A stretch of 61,397 bases of DNA, counting the filler. It is 6 parts of 6 records of this genome, joined end to end, with 100 filler letters (N's around TTAATTAATTAA, not from the genome) between each part and the next. Parts side by side here need not be neighbours in the genome. Positions count along the whole stretch, not along the records: positions 1 to 17,128 come from SRR2962707_975; positions 17,229 to 24,130 come from SRR2962707_981; 4 more parts are not named here. One strand, written 5' to 3'. The notes beneath the pieces are model-generated. The model was not told where the DNA came from. It searched no databases and worked only from the letters and a program-made list of their open reading frames with translations. The translations under genes and the position numbers were made by a program. Below are positions 12,101 through 21,005 of the stretch, piece by piece. Numbering within the stretch: the first letter of the stretch is position 1; each line of letters opens with the position of its first letter.

Positions 12101-15100
12101 CCTACAAAGATGGACTCGAGGTACATCCATTTTGACTGGACCCGAAACCACATGTCAATGGTGTCCGACATGTTCATCAGCTGCTTCTCCCAGGCTTTCA
12201 CCTGATCCAAAAAAATTCCAACGAAGCGGGAGCCAAGCATGGACTGCAAGAGGAGCAAATTGTCCTCCAATTCCAGCACAATTTCGTCGGCAGCTCCGAG
12301 AACGTGACCACGAAACTGTGTTCCTTTCATGTACTTGCGGACAGAGAAACGCGTAGTTTTCCAATTCTCCTCGAGGTTGCGCAATGCGTTCTCCAACTTT
12401 AGTTCTTGAACAGACTCGTTGACAATATCCTCGATCGCATCCTGGAAGCGGTATAGTTTCATTTCGAAAATGGATCGCAACGTGAACGTCGTTGAGTTGG
12501 CGTCAAACGTGATATTGGTGACCTCGCCCAGCTTTTTCCAATGCCGCGGCTTCATTGCCTCGTTTTTCAGCAAGGAAATCAGTGGAATTCCGTCCTTGAA
12601 CTGAACAACGCACTCTTCCACCGCTTTGTACACGGCTAACTCCTTCAACTCTTTTGGTAGCTTCTTGATAGATTTGTGGATTCCCTCAGCCCCCTTCGTC
12701 AGTTTCAAAGTATCCAGGCCCGACCAAAGCTGCTGCGACTGCTCGTCTTCAAAGTCCTTGAATTTGACGTACAAATTGAAGATTCGGCGCAGCTTGGCAA
12801 TCCCGTCTGCTAAGTCGGTCATCTCCTGGTACGCAGGAATGTCCAGTTTGAACAGCTTTTGCGCCTCGGTTAACTCTTCACGTTTGATAGAGGCCTCCTC
12901 CAATTTGCTCTCAAACTCCTGCAGCTTCTCAAGTCCGTCATCTAAACCGACACCAAGCGAAGTCGGCCCCTTCATCTCGAAATCGCGCAGCATTTCCGCT
13001 AAGGAAGCCTCGAAGGCTGCAGTTTTCTCCGCGGTTTGAACTGTGAAGTCTTCCTTCACTTTAATCATGCGCAAGTCAACTGTGCGGCCCCAGTGTAGCA
13101 GTTCACGCCATGCATCCTGGAGCCCCTCGGCTTCGGCAATCTGCTCTTCGATGCCATCGACGAGGCCCCACAGCTTGAGCGTGTAGAAACATTCCTGAAC
13201 ACCAGCAATTTGTAGTTGCTGTCGCATGTCCATTTGTTCGATTCTTGAGATTACTTTGAGGACAAATTTCATTTTGTCAACATCCGATGGCACGGTGTTC
13301 ACCTCACTGCGTAGTTGTCGCATTGTGTTAGAGACTGTCGACAGCTGCTTCTGCGCAGTGTCGCTCAGAACATTGCCGTAGTCACGCTTCCAGACGCGAG
13401 CCTGGCGCGCGATGGCTTCTGCCACAAGAGTGCAGTCCAAATTGAGGAAAGCAATTGCCTTGACCTTCGGTTGTCCAAGCGCTTGCTGCGCAACAAGCGT
13501 ATAGTCAGAGAGTCGTGCATCGAAGAAAGTCGCAGGAACGTGCTTTTCAAGCAGCTCTTTGAACATCGCTGTTTTTTTGGGGTTCCAAAGCCGGTACAGC
13601 TTGTTAAACTGATTCCAGCCGTCAATATGACGTTCTCCTTTGCGGAAAGCGTTCGAGATGGACTGGATGAGCGAAACACGCAAGTTAATGACACCTGGGT
13701 TGCGGCAAATATCGTCGTGGAACGTGGGTACCCATCCAGCGCCCTCTTTTTCAGCGTCGTCATCGTCTGCCCGCTGCGGCTCACACTCGATGCAAGACCC
13801 TGCTTGCCAGCGGTAAAAGTTAGCGGAGGACTCAATGATGTTCTTGATCACCCGCCGGATGAACTTGTAGACGTCATTCATGGAAGGTGTTGTCGAGATG
13901 TCGCTCGAATTCATGGAAGCTGAAACATGAATGAGGGGCGTCTTCCGTGAGCTAGCACCCGAGTTCCCGTCAATCGCGGCTGACGAGTCGGCGGTTGCCC
14001 CGCCGCTGCTGCTGTCTGCATCAAGCCCGAGGAGCGATTGCAGACACACCAGAGACGTGATGACCATTGTGCTCAATGCATTGTACGTACGGCGCTCCCA
14101 ATAGTTGTAGTAAGGCTGCAAAGTCGGGGAGCGACCAGAGTTGCTTTGAGTTACTGTTTCTTCAACCTTAAACAGCATCCCACCGATCTCATGGTACTTG
14201 TTGACGAGGTCAGCGACTCGCTTCCGGCAGCGATTCTCCACCTGGTCAGTCAGCTCGGAAATTTGGTAGGGGTGGTCGTCAAAGTCAGCTTCAGACACCA
14301 GGCGAGTGTTTGCAATCGAAGAAAGGCGCTCCTCGATTTTCGATGTACTGCTTTGAATCAGTTCCTGCATGGCCTGAAAGAGGTCAATTGCTTTGTTGCA
14401 TTTCTCAATATATGCCGGGATGTGGAGACTGTTCCAGTTGATGGGGTCGAATCCCTGAGTGATGGTCTTTGAGAGATCACGCAATTGTTGCGTCAACATC
14501 ATCTTTTCGCTCTCATTAAGCGAATCCAGCAAAGCATGGTAACGGTTCAGCATCCTAGTGCAACGCTGCACGGATTCGTGGTACTTGTCTTCCTGAAGTG
14601 TGATATTGAGCACCATGTCGGGGACTTCGAAGCCCAGACGATCCAGGTACTTGCCTTCACGAATCAAGGTCTTCAGGGCTGGGGCGAAGTTCACCACGTA
14701 CGGAGGGGGCGGCAGCGATTCGCCGGGACTGGGCTGCGGGCCCAGCACACTCTTGCGCAGGTTGTCTGTTGCCACAGCCACAGCATTCTCGCGCCAGGCT
14801 TCGTACTTGCTTTCAATGAAGTCATCAACCTGCTTGGCAAACTGTACATACTCAGTTTTGATCTGTTCGCCAGTCTCCGTTTCCAACAAGGATGGCATGC
14901 TGACAAAGCGCATGACGGGTTTCTTTGCCATTCGAAACAGCGACGCGGCCCACGAGATAGCTCCAGCGACTGGGGGGTAATTCTTGTACAATGGCGGATT
15001 AGCTTTGCGATCGTTAAAGAGGCCGTGCATCTTGCCAAGCTCTTTGGAATATTGCTGCAAAATGTCATCAAACTTCTGCATCATCTTCTTGTTGATGCTG

Positions 15101-16713
15101 GGGCGACTTTTGATGTTCTGGAAGTTCTCAAGCAGGTTGAAGGCACCCTCAGCGGAGCGCAGCTGTCTGAAAGATTTGTCAATAAAGTCGGTCGTCTCCA
15201 GTTCGATTTCCTCCACCTTTTGTCGAAAGTCCAACACCAACGACTCCCAAACACTTTGATACTTGGGGTTGAAAATATCGCAATTGCGCTGTGCTGCCTC
15301 GAGTGGCAAAATTAGACCTTTGACTCGGTCGATCAACTCGTCCACTCGCTCGCCTTCGCCAGTGACTTCCTTCAGCTCCGGTCCAAGAAACTTGAAAAAC
15401 TCGTCAAGAGCCGTTGCGATGGAGAAGAGGTTGTCGCAAATCTTGGTCATGTACCGAGTCTTGTCGAACAGGCGGCGCTTATCGAACTCCCAGCGATGGT
15501 CTGTGCCACTCTTCTCAATTTTCTCCCGGACCTCCATATAGTTGGAGAACCATGCCTCGAGGACGCTCTTTGCCAAACGAATGATGTCCAGAATCTCTGC
15601 TGGGGGTTTCGAGAAGATTGTCTGAATGTGAATCTTGGAAGCAACGTTGGAGGAAATTTCAGTTGCGATACGCTCCATCAATGGAACCACACGCTCGTCT
15701 GTGTTGTAGTGCCGTGAAATTATCCAAACCATGCGCATTCCGGCCATCATGGACGGAATGGTGTCCAATATGATCGACAAGTTGCCACGAGCAAGGTTCT
15801 TGAAGTGCCGTTCCAAAGTGGTCAGGAACTTGACGTTGTCTTTGGCTTCCACGTAGAGCTTGGTAATTTCGCCAAGTTGTGCTTTGAAAGTTCCCATGCG
15901 CTGCAGCTCCATTCGCGCCATGGCTTTCTGTACGTCTTTCACTTGCTGCAGATTCAGTAGCTCGTACAGAGGAGAGAGGGCCGCATTGCGCTGCCTCCAA
16001 AACTCAATCTCGTCTAGGGGTCCAGGACCCTGGTGTTGACGGGTCGATTCACGTTCAATGGCCTCACTGATTGTGGAAATCCAGTTGTCCAGCGCTGCCT
16101 CGAACTTGGATTGAACGTCGTAGTCGTCCATCGACATTTTGGAGGGGTCCATATCGGGAATGGTAATCGTCACATCGCCATTGACGTGGTTAATCACCTC
16201 CGTAATTTGGTTCGTGAATTTGGCCAGGTTGTTTTTGAATTCGTTTTTCACGGGTCCCGCAGCATCGGAGGAGCCGGAGCCAGCAGCAGCTCCGCCATCC
16301 TCAGCAGCACTGACATCGTCGACAGCGCGCGCGTTTCCAGCGAACTGTGGGGCGTAGAGTTCATGAAAAAGTAAGTCCATTGTGTGGATGAGCTTTCCAG
16401 CATTGAGCCCATAGTCCAGTCCGGCAAGGATCTGAGGAGTGTCCACCGCAATACCCGGGTCGCGCCCGTGGTTGATGAAGTAGATGATCCTGTCTTCATG
16501 GGCCTTGATTTTGTCAAAGTCCACCGGGCCTTTCAAAAACTTGAACTTGCCACCTTCAACGTACGCATAAACAACTGCACCGAGCTCTCCGGGACCGAGA
16601 AAGTCCTCCAGCAGGCTGGCGTTTTCCTGAATACCCTTCCCAGAATCCACGTGGGTCGACAACAAGGCGAGGCGGTCTGTGAACCATGACTTGGTCGCTT
16701 CGTCAAGCGACAT
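3127..16713 (-). CDS. DNAH10: Axonemal dynein heavy chain, inner-arm I1/f alpha (DNAH10/DHC1-like), single exon, ~4528 aa
   Basis: One uninterrupted ORF; first ATG (MSLDEATKSW) at 16713. P-loops GPAGTGKT, GPTGGGKT, GESGTAKT and GVGGSGKQS; CFDEFNR; stalk/MTBD region (ITEIKAFAKPP). CGEGLDY after AAA1 and the C-terminal RRNAMGVGLVFDAD...SHWVLQGV match DNAH10 as I recall it. Long N-terminal tail of the two-headed dyneins. Confidence 0.93.
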   Translation of the reverse strand: MSLDEATKSWFTDRLALLSTHVDSGKGIQENASLLEDFLGPGELGAVVYAYVEGGKFKFLKGPVDFDKIKAHEDRIIYFINHGRDPGIAVDTPQILAGLDYGLNAGKLIHTMDLLFHELYAPQFAGNARAVDDVSAAEDGGAAAGSGSSDAAGPVKNEFKNNLAKFTNQITEVINHVNGDVTITIPDMDPSKMSMDDYDVQSKFEAALDNWISTISEAIERESTRQHQGPGPLDEIEFWRQRNAALSPLYELLNLQQVKDVQKAMARMELQRMGTFKAQLGEITKLYVEAKDNVKFLTTLERHFKNLARGNLSIILDTIPSMMAGMRMVWIISRHYNTDERVVPLMERIATEISSNVASKIHIQTIFSKPPAEILDIIRLAKSVLEAWFSNYMEVREKIEKSGTDHRWEFDKRRLFDKTRYMTKICDNLFSIATALDEFFKFLGPELKEVTGEGERVDELIDRVKGLILPLEAAQRNCDIFNPKYQSVWESLVLDFRQKVEEIELETTDFIDKSFRQLRSAEGAFNLLENFQNIKSRPSINKKMMQKFDDILQQYSKELGKMHGLFNDRKANPPLYKNYPPVAGAISWAASLFRMAKKPVMRFVSMPSLLETETGEQIKTEYVQFAKQVDDFIESKYEAWRENAVAVATDNLRKSVLGPQPSPGESLPPPPYVVNFAPALKTLIREGKYLDRLGFEVPDMVLNITLQEDKYHESVQRCTRMLNRYHALLDSLNESEKMMLTQQLRDLSKTITQGFDPINWNSLHIPAYIEKCNKAIDLFQAMQELIQSSTSKIEERLSSIANTRLVSEADFDDHPYQISELTDQVENRCRKRVADLVNKYHEIGGMLFKVEETVTQSNSGRSPTLQPYYNYWERRTYNALSTMVITSLVCLQSLLGLDADSSSGGATADSSAAIDGNSGASSRKTPLIHVSASMNSSDISTTPSMNDVYKFIRRVIKNIIESSANFYRWQAGSCIECEPQRADDDDAEKEGAGWVPTFHDDICRNPGVINLRVSLIQSISNAFRKGERHIDGWNQFNKLYRLWNPKKTAMFKELLEKHVPATFFDARLSDYTLVAQQALGQPKVKAIAFLNLDCTLVAEAIARQARVWKRDYGNVLSDTAQKQLSTVSNTMRQLRSEVNTVPSDVDKMKFVLKVISRIEQMDMRQQLQIAGVQECFYTLKLWGLVDGIEEQIAEAEGLQDAWRELLHWGRTVDLRMIKVKEDFTVQTAEKTAAFEASLAEMLRDFEMKGPTSLGVGLDDGLEKLQEFESKLEEASIKREELTEAQKLFKLDIPAYQEMTDLADGIAKLRRIFNLYVKFKDFEDEQSQQLWSGLDTLKLTKGAEGIHKSIKKLPKELKELAVYKAVEECVVQFKDGIPLISLLKNEAMKPRHWKKLGEVTNITFDANSTTFTLRSIFEMKLYRFQDAIEDIVNESVQELKLENALRNLEENWKTTRFSVRKYMKGTQFRGHVLGAADEIVLELEDNLLLLQSMLGSRFVGIFLDQVKAWEKQLMNMSDTIDMWFRVQSKWMYLESIFVGSADIRLQLPEVAKNFDKIDKGFKDIMASCVKNSLCTAACSTDNRLGVLTNLSERLEGCQKSLSEYLETKRNAFPRFFFISDDELLSVLGTSDPESIQQHLLKLFTNCERYKFVRGKRGVGGMISSEGETYDFDNVAPVEGAVETWMTGVDEEMHSSLWTICKKGVFEYANLDRLSWVEQELGMVTCCGSQTWWTWQVEDVFRKVRGGDKYAMQTYAVEQTDQLNTMVARVRLPMKKQLRKKINCLLILDVHARDIVDTFVRDSILDDREFAWESQLRFYWDKQIDDLLIRQCTGKFRYGYEYQGLNGRLVITPLTDRCYMTITQALTFKLGCSPAGPAGTGKTETVKDLAKGMAIPCFVTCCGEGLDYQAMGAIFAGLVQIGAWGCFDEFNRINIEVISVVSAQLRSIQNALNLNRVTVDIGIGYEIKINDKTGIFITMNPGYAGRTELPDSIKSLFRPVTMIRPDLLQICEIWLFSEGFEGARVLAKKMTTLYSLGEGQLSKQYHYDFGLRALKSVLVMAGSLKREFSNMAEDMVLMRALRDANMPKFVFEDVPLFLDLIQDLFPGLDCPRVAYEELGRNIVEFMDSKNYHHDEEVKFAQQVDKTVQLYETMLVRHTSIVVGPTGGGKTVVLNALARGMFLTFGNTVKMYTLNPKAQTVLQLYGYLDPVTRDWTDGALSKLFRSMNQPLTPGHEKDLKWLIYDGDVDALWIENMNSVMDDNRTLTLPNGERIRLLGHACMIVETFDLQYASPATISRCGVVWVDPKDLGCRPFFLRWVKDRCVLAERPEEMETLLELYERYVPKLLSFVLEGIVDGEIVRKRLGQVVPMPDIQLVSQLCSVIDANLPAVDNNNNALPTKDQDTIEGLFVYACIWSIGAVLDEESRPIFDEFFKSIASCAMPGGSVYRSFFDIENSMWVEWSTQVTKYEAPSPFLFYKVMVPTVDNVIYTDLLAKMTIVAKPTLFVGESGTAKTVTINNYLEKLNPETSLLLTLNFSSKTTAQDVYVSIDDATDKRTARVYGPPTGKKLYVFIDDMSMPRIDAYGTQQPVAFLLFLIAHNSMYSRDADLELRTFKDVVYYAAMAPPGGGRNAIDPRMAMQFAIYNLTSPTEDVLQAIYSAIIETHTENDFTPGVRDVSKKITPATLEIFNYLLATLPPTPSKFHYIFNLRDLGRIFEGLCLSTPDVVPDSKYFVRMWVNEVMRVFRDRLISADDQKVFDDKLTTILSAEFSNEKAAAEVRPIIFGDFAEAVGRLGEDREDPRLYQELGDYKSIRSILDEVLQLYNGEDNKTMNLVLFEDALEHLTRLHRVIRNPRGNALLVGVGGSGKQSLTYLATYCAGYELFTVNLCRGYGETEFREDLKLLYNQLGHKPTTFLFTDAHVVQEGFLESVNNMLTTGMVPALFETDEKDAIINGIRAEVKAQGIVDTSLNCWKYFVEKCRDHLHIVLAMSPSGETLRQRCRNFPGLVSACVVDWYFSWPRDALEQVATHFLAETSIPDEIRPQIYQHMVMVQLDVVDAAKRFQEELRRFYYVTPKNYLDYIMNYDKQLMLNRKRISRSEKRLEGGLTKLIGAATAVEKMSAELEKKKVIVDAKTKDVQAMISEITVKKQTASEQQESATKKEEELNVASAVIAEENAKAQAALQEAIPALDAAAKALDNLDKKDITEIKAFAKPPPGVQAVMLCVLILKPYPGPKLTADWKGCKTMLSNMAFLQQLMEFDKDNIKESQIKAVAKHLKHPDMNMERMGSISVAGAGLLMWVLAIYKYHGVAKNVEPLRIKVKEMMRQQVQSEKELSAIKKLLGELAAEIDTLQKDLDFNQNQLNELKAEASSMEKRLNAASRLIAGLGGERVRWTNDKVLLAKQMDLLIGDALMAASFLSYLGAFTSGYREDLLARWKADLLQRKVPLSQPLELKNLLSSDAEIQKWVGEGLPADNQSVQNGMLTGQSSRFPLCVDPQEQAVNWIKNKEGAELVVQNFSNPNFIRHLELAIQYGKPYLFEDLDEEIDPMIDPILERLTFLENNQEMVKLGDSVIPWDKSFRLFMTTKLANPHYSPEVMGKTMIINYSVTQLGLQNQLLNVVVGHERPDLEKSYKELVTSMSENTQILVKLEDSLLHNLANSSGDILSDTKLIATLEETKTKSLEVSAKLDQAKFTAVEIDNTRKSYTSAAKRGSILFFALSGLSTINKMYETSLASFLVVFVQALAKSKKDNMVEQRLVYIIDKATDMVYDYACTGVFEKHKLMFSFQMTCMIMEGEDELDREALNFFLKGDTSLEQPEQGKPFDWLSDGGWKDLLKLQTLNESFSNIITDLVGNGDAWRAWYDLEAPETVDMPMGYSQSLGQFEQLLVYRCFRQDRTYNAVKRFVIWRLGEKYVQPPVLDYENIYQQSTAGVPVVFILSPGADPDSAIQGLAVDHGMTGLKFKFMALGQGQGPLAAAMLDTGIQRGHWVLLQNCHLLLSWLSSLETILITMKNPHEDFRLWLTTDPTDKFPMGILQRSLKVVTEPPDGLKQNMRNTFSKIDDHMLEEIPHPAYAPLVYVLAFLHAVVIERRKYGKIGWNVAYDYNMSDFNISRRLLGLYLEKAYVNGDEQIPWGSIKYLIGDAMYGGRVSDDYDRRVLQTYMHEYFGDFLFDDFQQFFFSEVGFQYKMPDPELGQKAKVYQAEIETLPLTNSPAVFGLHTNAEIGYFTLAVKEMWRNLNELQPRTGGGGSGISRSDYIAGIAEDILTKIPEQIDLLVERKKYGKPTPLQIVLLQELERWNILNQVMLTSLVDLKRALVGEIGMSESLDLLGVSLFNGYLPAMWARKAPKTEKPLGSWMLHYQHRQRQFDAWMADGEPIVMWLAGLHIPESYLAALVQVTCRARNWSLDKSVMYTNVSVFTEESEIESPMAYGTYVSGLYLEGAAWDMENQCLKEQDPKVLVVQLPILQIIPIEVRALKLQGTFKTPVYVTQDRRNAMGVGLVFDADIRSKRHSSHWVLQGVSLCLNIDS

Positions 16714-17082
16714 TTTTGCCTTTTGACTTCGCTCACCGCACAAGGCGGGTCGCACGTCCCTCGAACCAAGTCGCCAGCAGACTCACCGTCCACAGAGGGA
16801 ACGACTAGGTGAGTGTGTGTGTTTTGAGTGGAAAAGAATGAAGGAACGGAAGAAAGGAAGGAAGGAAACAAAATCAAAGTGGCGTGGAAGAAAGCCTGGA
16901 TCGACGAAAAACCAAAAAAAAAAACGTCACACCACGATCCGAGAAAGATCAAATGGAGGAGGGAATGCACGAAAGGACTCCAAACGCCCGGTCAAACCCA
17001 ACCCAACCACGCAAAAATATTTCCACACGTTTCCAAACGAAATAATAAGAACAAACGAAACACACGCAGCACCAACCATTCC

Positions 17083-17128
17083 AACAACAACAACTCAGAG
17101 CAACAACAACAACAAACAACAACAACAA
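17083..17128 (+). repeat. (CAA)n microsatellite at contig end, upstream of the dynein gene
   Basis: aacaacaacaac...caacaacaacaacaaacaacaacaacaa directly before the N-run. Confidence 0.9.
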
Positions 17129-17228
17129 NNNNNNNNNNNNNNNNNNNNNNNNNNNNNNNNNNNNNNNNNNNNTTAATTAATTAANNNNNNNNNNNNNNNN
17201 NNNNNNNNNNNNNNNNNNNNNNNNNNNN
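17129..17228. other. Artificial contig spacer 1 (44 N + TTAATTAATTAA + 44 N)
   Basis: The 12-mer at 17173-17184 gives stop codons in all six frames. The same 100-nt design occurs five times in the window. Confidence 0.98.
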
Positions 17229-17270
17229 TTTTTTCTTTCTTTCTTTTTTTTTCTTTTCTTTTCTTTCTTT
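17229..17270 (+). repeat. Polypyrimidine (TTTC)n tract at contig start
   Basis: ttttttctttctttctttttttttcttttcttttctttcttt. Confidence 0.85.
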
Positions 17271-17306
17271 GGATCATCGAGGAAAAACAGTTGCCGTCTT
17301 GCTGCC

Positions 17307-20300
17307 ATGGGCGGCCGAAAATGCCGCGCTGTTGGGCTCTGGGTTGTTGCACTTGTCGTACTGTGTAGCTTGCCAGAAACGTTGTCGCAAGCTGGGGCCA
17401 ACACTGCTGCCCCTGTTGCTCCTGCTTCTGCATCCTCAACAGAATCGAATAGTAGTGCTGCAGCAATCACACCGGGTGCCAGCCAAGGCGCCACAACAAC
17501 GATCATGACTGCTGCTGCAGCGATCACACCGGGTGCTACCCCGGTTGGCGCCACAACAAAGGTCACGACTGCTGCAACAACCACACCGGGTGCGACCCAG
17601 GCTGCCACCACAACGACTGCGAGTCTCGCAGCAACCACACCGGGTGCCTCGGCAGCTGCAGCGACCGCTGTGAAAGCTGCAACGGTGGGGTCTCGCAGTA
17701 GTACCGTGGCCTCTGCTTCGACGGCTCAGGCTGCAGCGACCACATTCAAGGCCACTTTGGCGGCCGTGGATACCTCTGCAGGGAATGCACAGACTTCGGT
17801 GCAAGCCAGCACGGGATATGCTTCAACAGGAGTCGTGACCACCGCCACTACGACACCGAAAGCGTTCCCGACTGCGATGCCTTCTGTGTGGACAACAGTC
17901 AATGGAACCAATAGCACGAACTCAAGTTGTGCAGACGACACAAGTCCACAAACAGTGGGCACAACTGCCCTTGCAATCTTCACAGTGGTGTGCTCGTCTC
18001 TGTTCACGACCTTTGGTTTGTTTTTCCAGAAGATAGCGCAGTTACGTTTCTCCAAGCACAAGGAACCGAAAGAGAAGTGCAAAACCTGGTTGATTTGGCT
18101 TGCCGGATTTTTGTCCATTACCTTCATCTCATTTGGCCTGGACTTGTACTCCATGTCTACGCTGGGCCAAAGCTTAGTTGTGCCTCTCTTAGCCTCCTTG
18201 GAGGCAAGCACTGTGCCATGTTGCTTTATGCATTAATTGCTCTCGTATTGAGTATCAAGACCAGCCTACGCGGTTTCTTGTTTCTTTACACGGCAGACTC
18301 TTTTGTGAACAAAATTGTGTTGCGATTCAACCTTTCTATTGGGCTTGCAGGTTGCGGAGAATCAACTGTTTGCTCCGTTTGTGCTCTCGGAAAAGCTTGA
18401 CAAAGTGTACGATATTACTGCGGCAGTGATTATCATTCTTGGAGCTGTCCTCACTACAATATTTGGTCCTCAAGGTGGAGGAGATGTTTGTGAGGTGCGC
18501 TGAATGTGCTGCTTGATTCATAAACTGCGCGCATGTGGGTTTGGCTGTTTGCTGCGAAAACACCGAATCCGAGCTGGCTGCACGCGTCACCCCGCTTTGC
18601 TGAGCTTGTTGTGGAATTCGGGAATTTTCCTGAACTTGTTGGCTGAAACGCGGTGCTTCGCATGTTAATGGTTTGCGTTGCTTGGTGACCCGTACTGAAG
18701 GTGGACCAGATTCTGGGCTTGTTTGACGAGACACCGTTTCTGGTCTTCGAGGCAATCACGACCTCTATACTCGTGGCATGTCTGAGTTTGATGTGGAATA
18801 AGAACGAAAAATTCGACAAAGTTCGCTTTTTGATGTTCGCCTACACTGCGGGGTTTCTCGGAGGCCAGCAGAACCTTTTCTTGAAAGGGGTTGGCACCCT
18901 CGGTCCGTGTGCACATTTGCGAGCGGTGCTTAGTGTGTTGCTTGGTCAACGCGAGCTTGACCTATTTCAAATGGCCACATGCTGTCATGGTTGTGCATCC
19001 TTTCACCAAGGTGGCTTGGCGTTCAAGGGTGAGGATGTATTTGGAAACTGGCAAATTTGGGTTTTTGTCTTGGGAATGGGCACGCTGGCGTTCCTCCAGC
19101 TAGTCATCCTCAATCAAGGCCTTGCACGATTTCCCGCGTTGGTTTTTATCCCCTCATACACAGTGCTCTACATCGTCATGGGAACAGGTTTGAGTGCTGG
19201 CCTCGTAGCAAACCCTGACTCTAGTTTGCTGACTGTACCACGGGGTAGTGCCCTGAATTTGTCGCTGCTTTTATGTGGGTGTAGGAGTTGGGCTTGTATT
19301 CTATCAAGAATACGACCAACTTGATACGCTGCGGTGGGGAATGTTTGGGCTTGGTTTTGTGCTTATCATCGTAGCTTTAGCACTTCTTACGCTCAAGAAA
19401 CCACAGAAGGTGGACGACGCTGATGATGACCTGACCGGGGACGATTTCCTCTTTGACGATGAGTGCGTGGTGTTCTTCCTCAAATGTTAAGACTCCATGC
19501 GCGGTCGTGTGGGATCTCAGGTTGACTTGTTCATGACTAACTTCCCGTGTTCATGTTGTCGTGTCACAGTGACGATTTCGATGAAGACTTGAACAGTATT
19601 GAGCTGGTGCAACGAGGACACCATGTTCTGCGGTGCGTCAAGCTATTGTTTGATGGGTCAAAGTGTCTTCAGCTGCTTTGCTGTGGCTCATGTATATTTG
19701 TGGCTGTGATGATCAGAGCCCAAAATATCAACGTATTCAACAATTTGTTCGGTCTTCCGACGGCTGAGGATAAGCCATCGGGTGGTAAGACACATCCAGT
19801 GCGGCGCCGGTCAGATGGGGAACTAGATGAAGTGGGAGGGGTCGCTATGTCGACTTTGGTACGCGTACCTTTTTGCAAACTCACTGACCGAATGGCTTGT
19901 TCGCAATGTAGCCACATGCGGACGTGACCATCAAGTTTGTTTTGGGTTTTTATGTGTGCTTTCTTCGTTTTTTCATGCCAGCGTGAGGATGAACGCACAA
20001 CTCCAGCGAGGCCAAGAGCGCATGGGTACGTGATGTATGTGACATTTAGATCTTCTGAGTCACCCTGTTTCTTTGGCGACAGCCCAATCTGTTTGCATGC
20101 GACCGGATTTATGTTGGCCGACTGCTAGTGCTCGCGTGCTCACCAAACGTCGTGCAATGCAAACTCGTACTTGCCGCAGACACGGCCGGCATAGTGTAGG
20201 GCATTCTCTGATGCTCGCTCTAGGTTCGGTTGGTGGTGCTGTTCATGTGTCGCACAAGCTCGCTACACGCCGAATCAAGTCGGTGGCCGAACATTTTTTC

Positions 20301-20816
20301 GACGAGGGAAAGGTATTTCACGATCTCGCCTGCATTGCCTGCATTCTGTGCGGTCATTTACGGCAACGTTGATGCCGCTAACGAGTTTGTTTGATTGGGC
20401 AGGTTGGGGTTCATGGGAACGACTCACTCCTTAACGCTCAGCATACTGCAGCTGGTGGCCGGCGTCTTCCTGCAGCTCACCGTCATGTGGCTTCCCATCA
20501 CCCGGTCACAGCGGTCCGTGTTCTGCTGATGTATGCTTGCATTTGGACGGGGCAGCACGTTTCAACCAATGACTTTGCCCTTTGGTGTGTGATGTGTTTC
20601 TGTCTCTGTGTCTGCGCAGCTTGAGGCTGTGGATGACGACGAGGACACAGCAGAGTCAGAGCTCGAGATTGGGGTTTGTTTTGCTGAGTAGCATGCAGCG
20701 CTGAGCTCCGCTCTGCCATTGCTCAATTCATTGGCGGTGTTTTACGAGGCGGCTTTGATGTGTATCCACAGGGTGCCTCGGACGGTCGTTTGCCTCGACG
20801 AAAGCTCTCGTTCTAG
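17307..20816 (+). CDS. 12-exon NIPA-family (DMT superfamily) Mg2+ transporter with signal peptide, Thr/Ala-rich mucin-like ectodomain and acidic/His-rich C-tail
   Basis: Exons 17307-18203, 18351-18494, 18701-18902, 19011-19187, 19285-19462, 19570-19632, 19717-19858, 19982-20025, 20180-20312, 20403-20513, 20620-20673, 20772-20816 join in frame. NIPA-like motifs: GLFFQKIA, WLIWLAGF, GQSLVVPLLASLEV...FVLSEKL, QLVILNQGLARFPALVFIPSYTV, GLVFYQEY. The C-terminal exons are less certain. Confidence 0.8.
17457..17660 (+). repeat. Coding tandem repeat, 4 x ~57 nt (TPGA...ATT units)
   Basis: ACACCGGGTGC recurs at 17469, 17526, 17583 and 17637 (spacing 57/57/54). Confidence 0.85.
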
Positions 20817-21005
20817 AGCGGGCCGGTCTCGTCCCGGCCTCTCAGTCCTCCGCAGTCCGCACGTGAGCGTTGCGTTGCGTTGTTAGTAAATACATGGACA
20901 TTTGGCTGGCTTATTTGGAAACGGCAACGTTTTTGTTATAATTTTATTGAAACATTCCACAAGTAATTTAAGCCAAACAATTTGCGCTGCGTGAAGCGAA
21001 CTTTG

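Noticed and set aside
3244-16689. Dozens of short ORFs overlapping the dynein gene
   Set aside because: Alternative-frame by-products of a 13.6-kb conserved CDS.
17173-17184. TTAATTAATTAA as a piggyBac target site or biological repeat
   Set aside because: It is centred in identical N-runs five times; it is a six-frame-stop assembly linker.
16817-17184. Lys/Asn/Gln-rich ORFs running into the gap
   Set aside because: Translations of A-rich and (CAA)n sequence ending in Ns.
17457-17660. Regularly spaced ACACCGGGTGC units as a CRISPR array
   Set aside because: The conserved core is only 11 nt, units are in frame within a eukaryotic CDS, the spacers resemble each other, and there are no cas genes.
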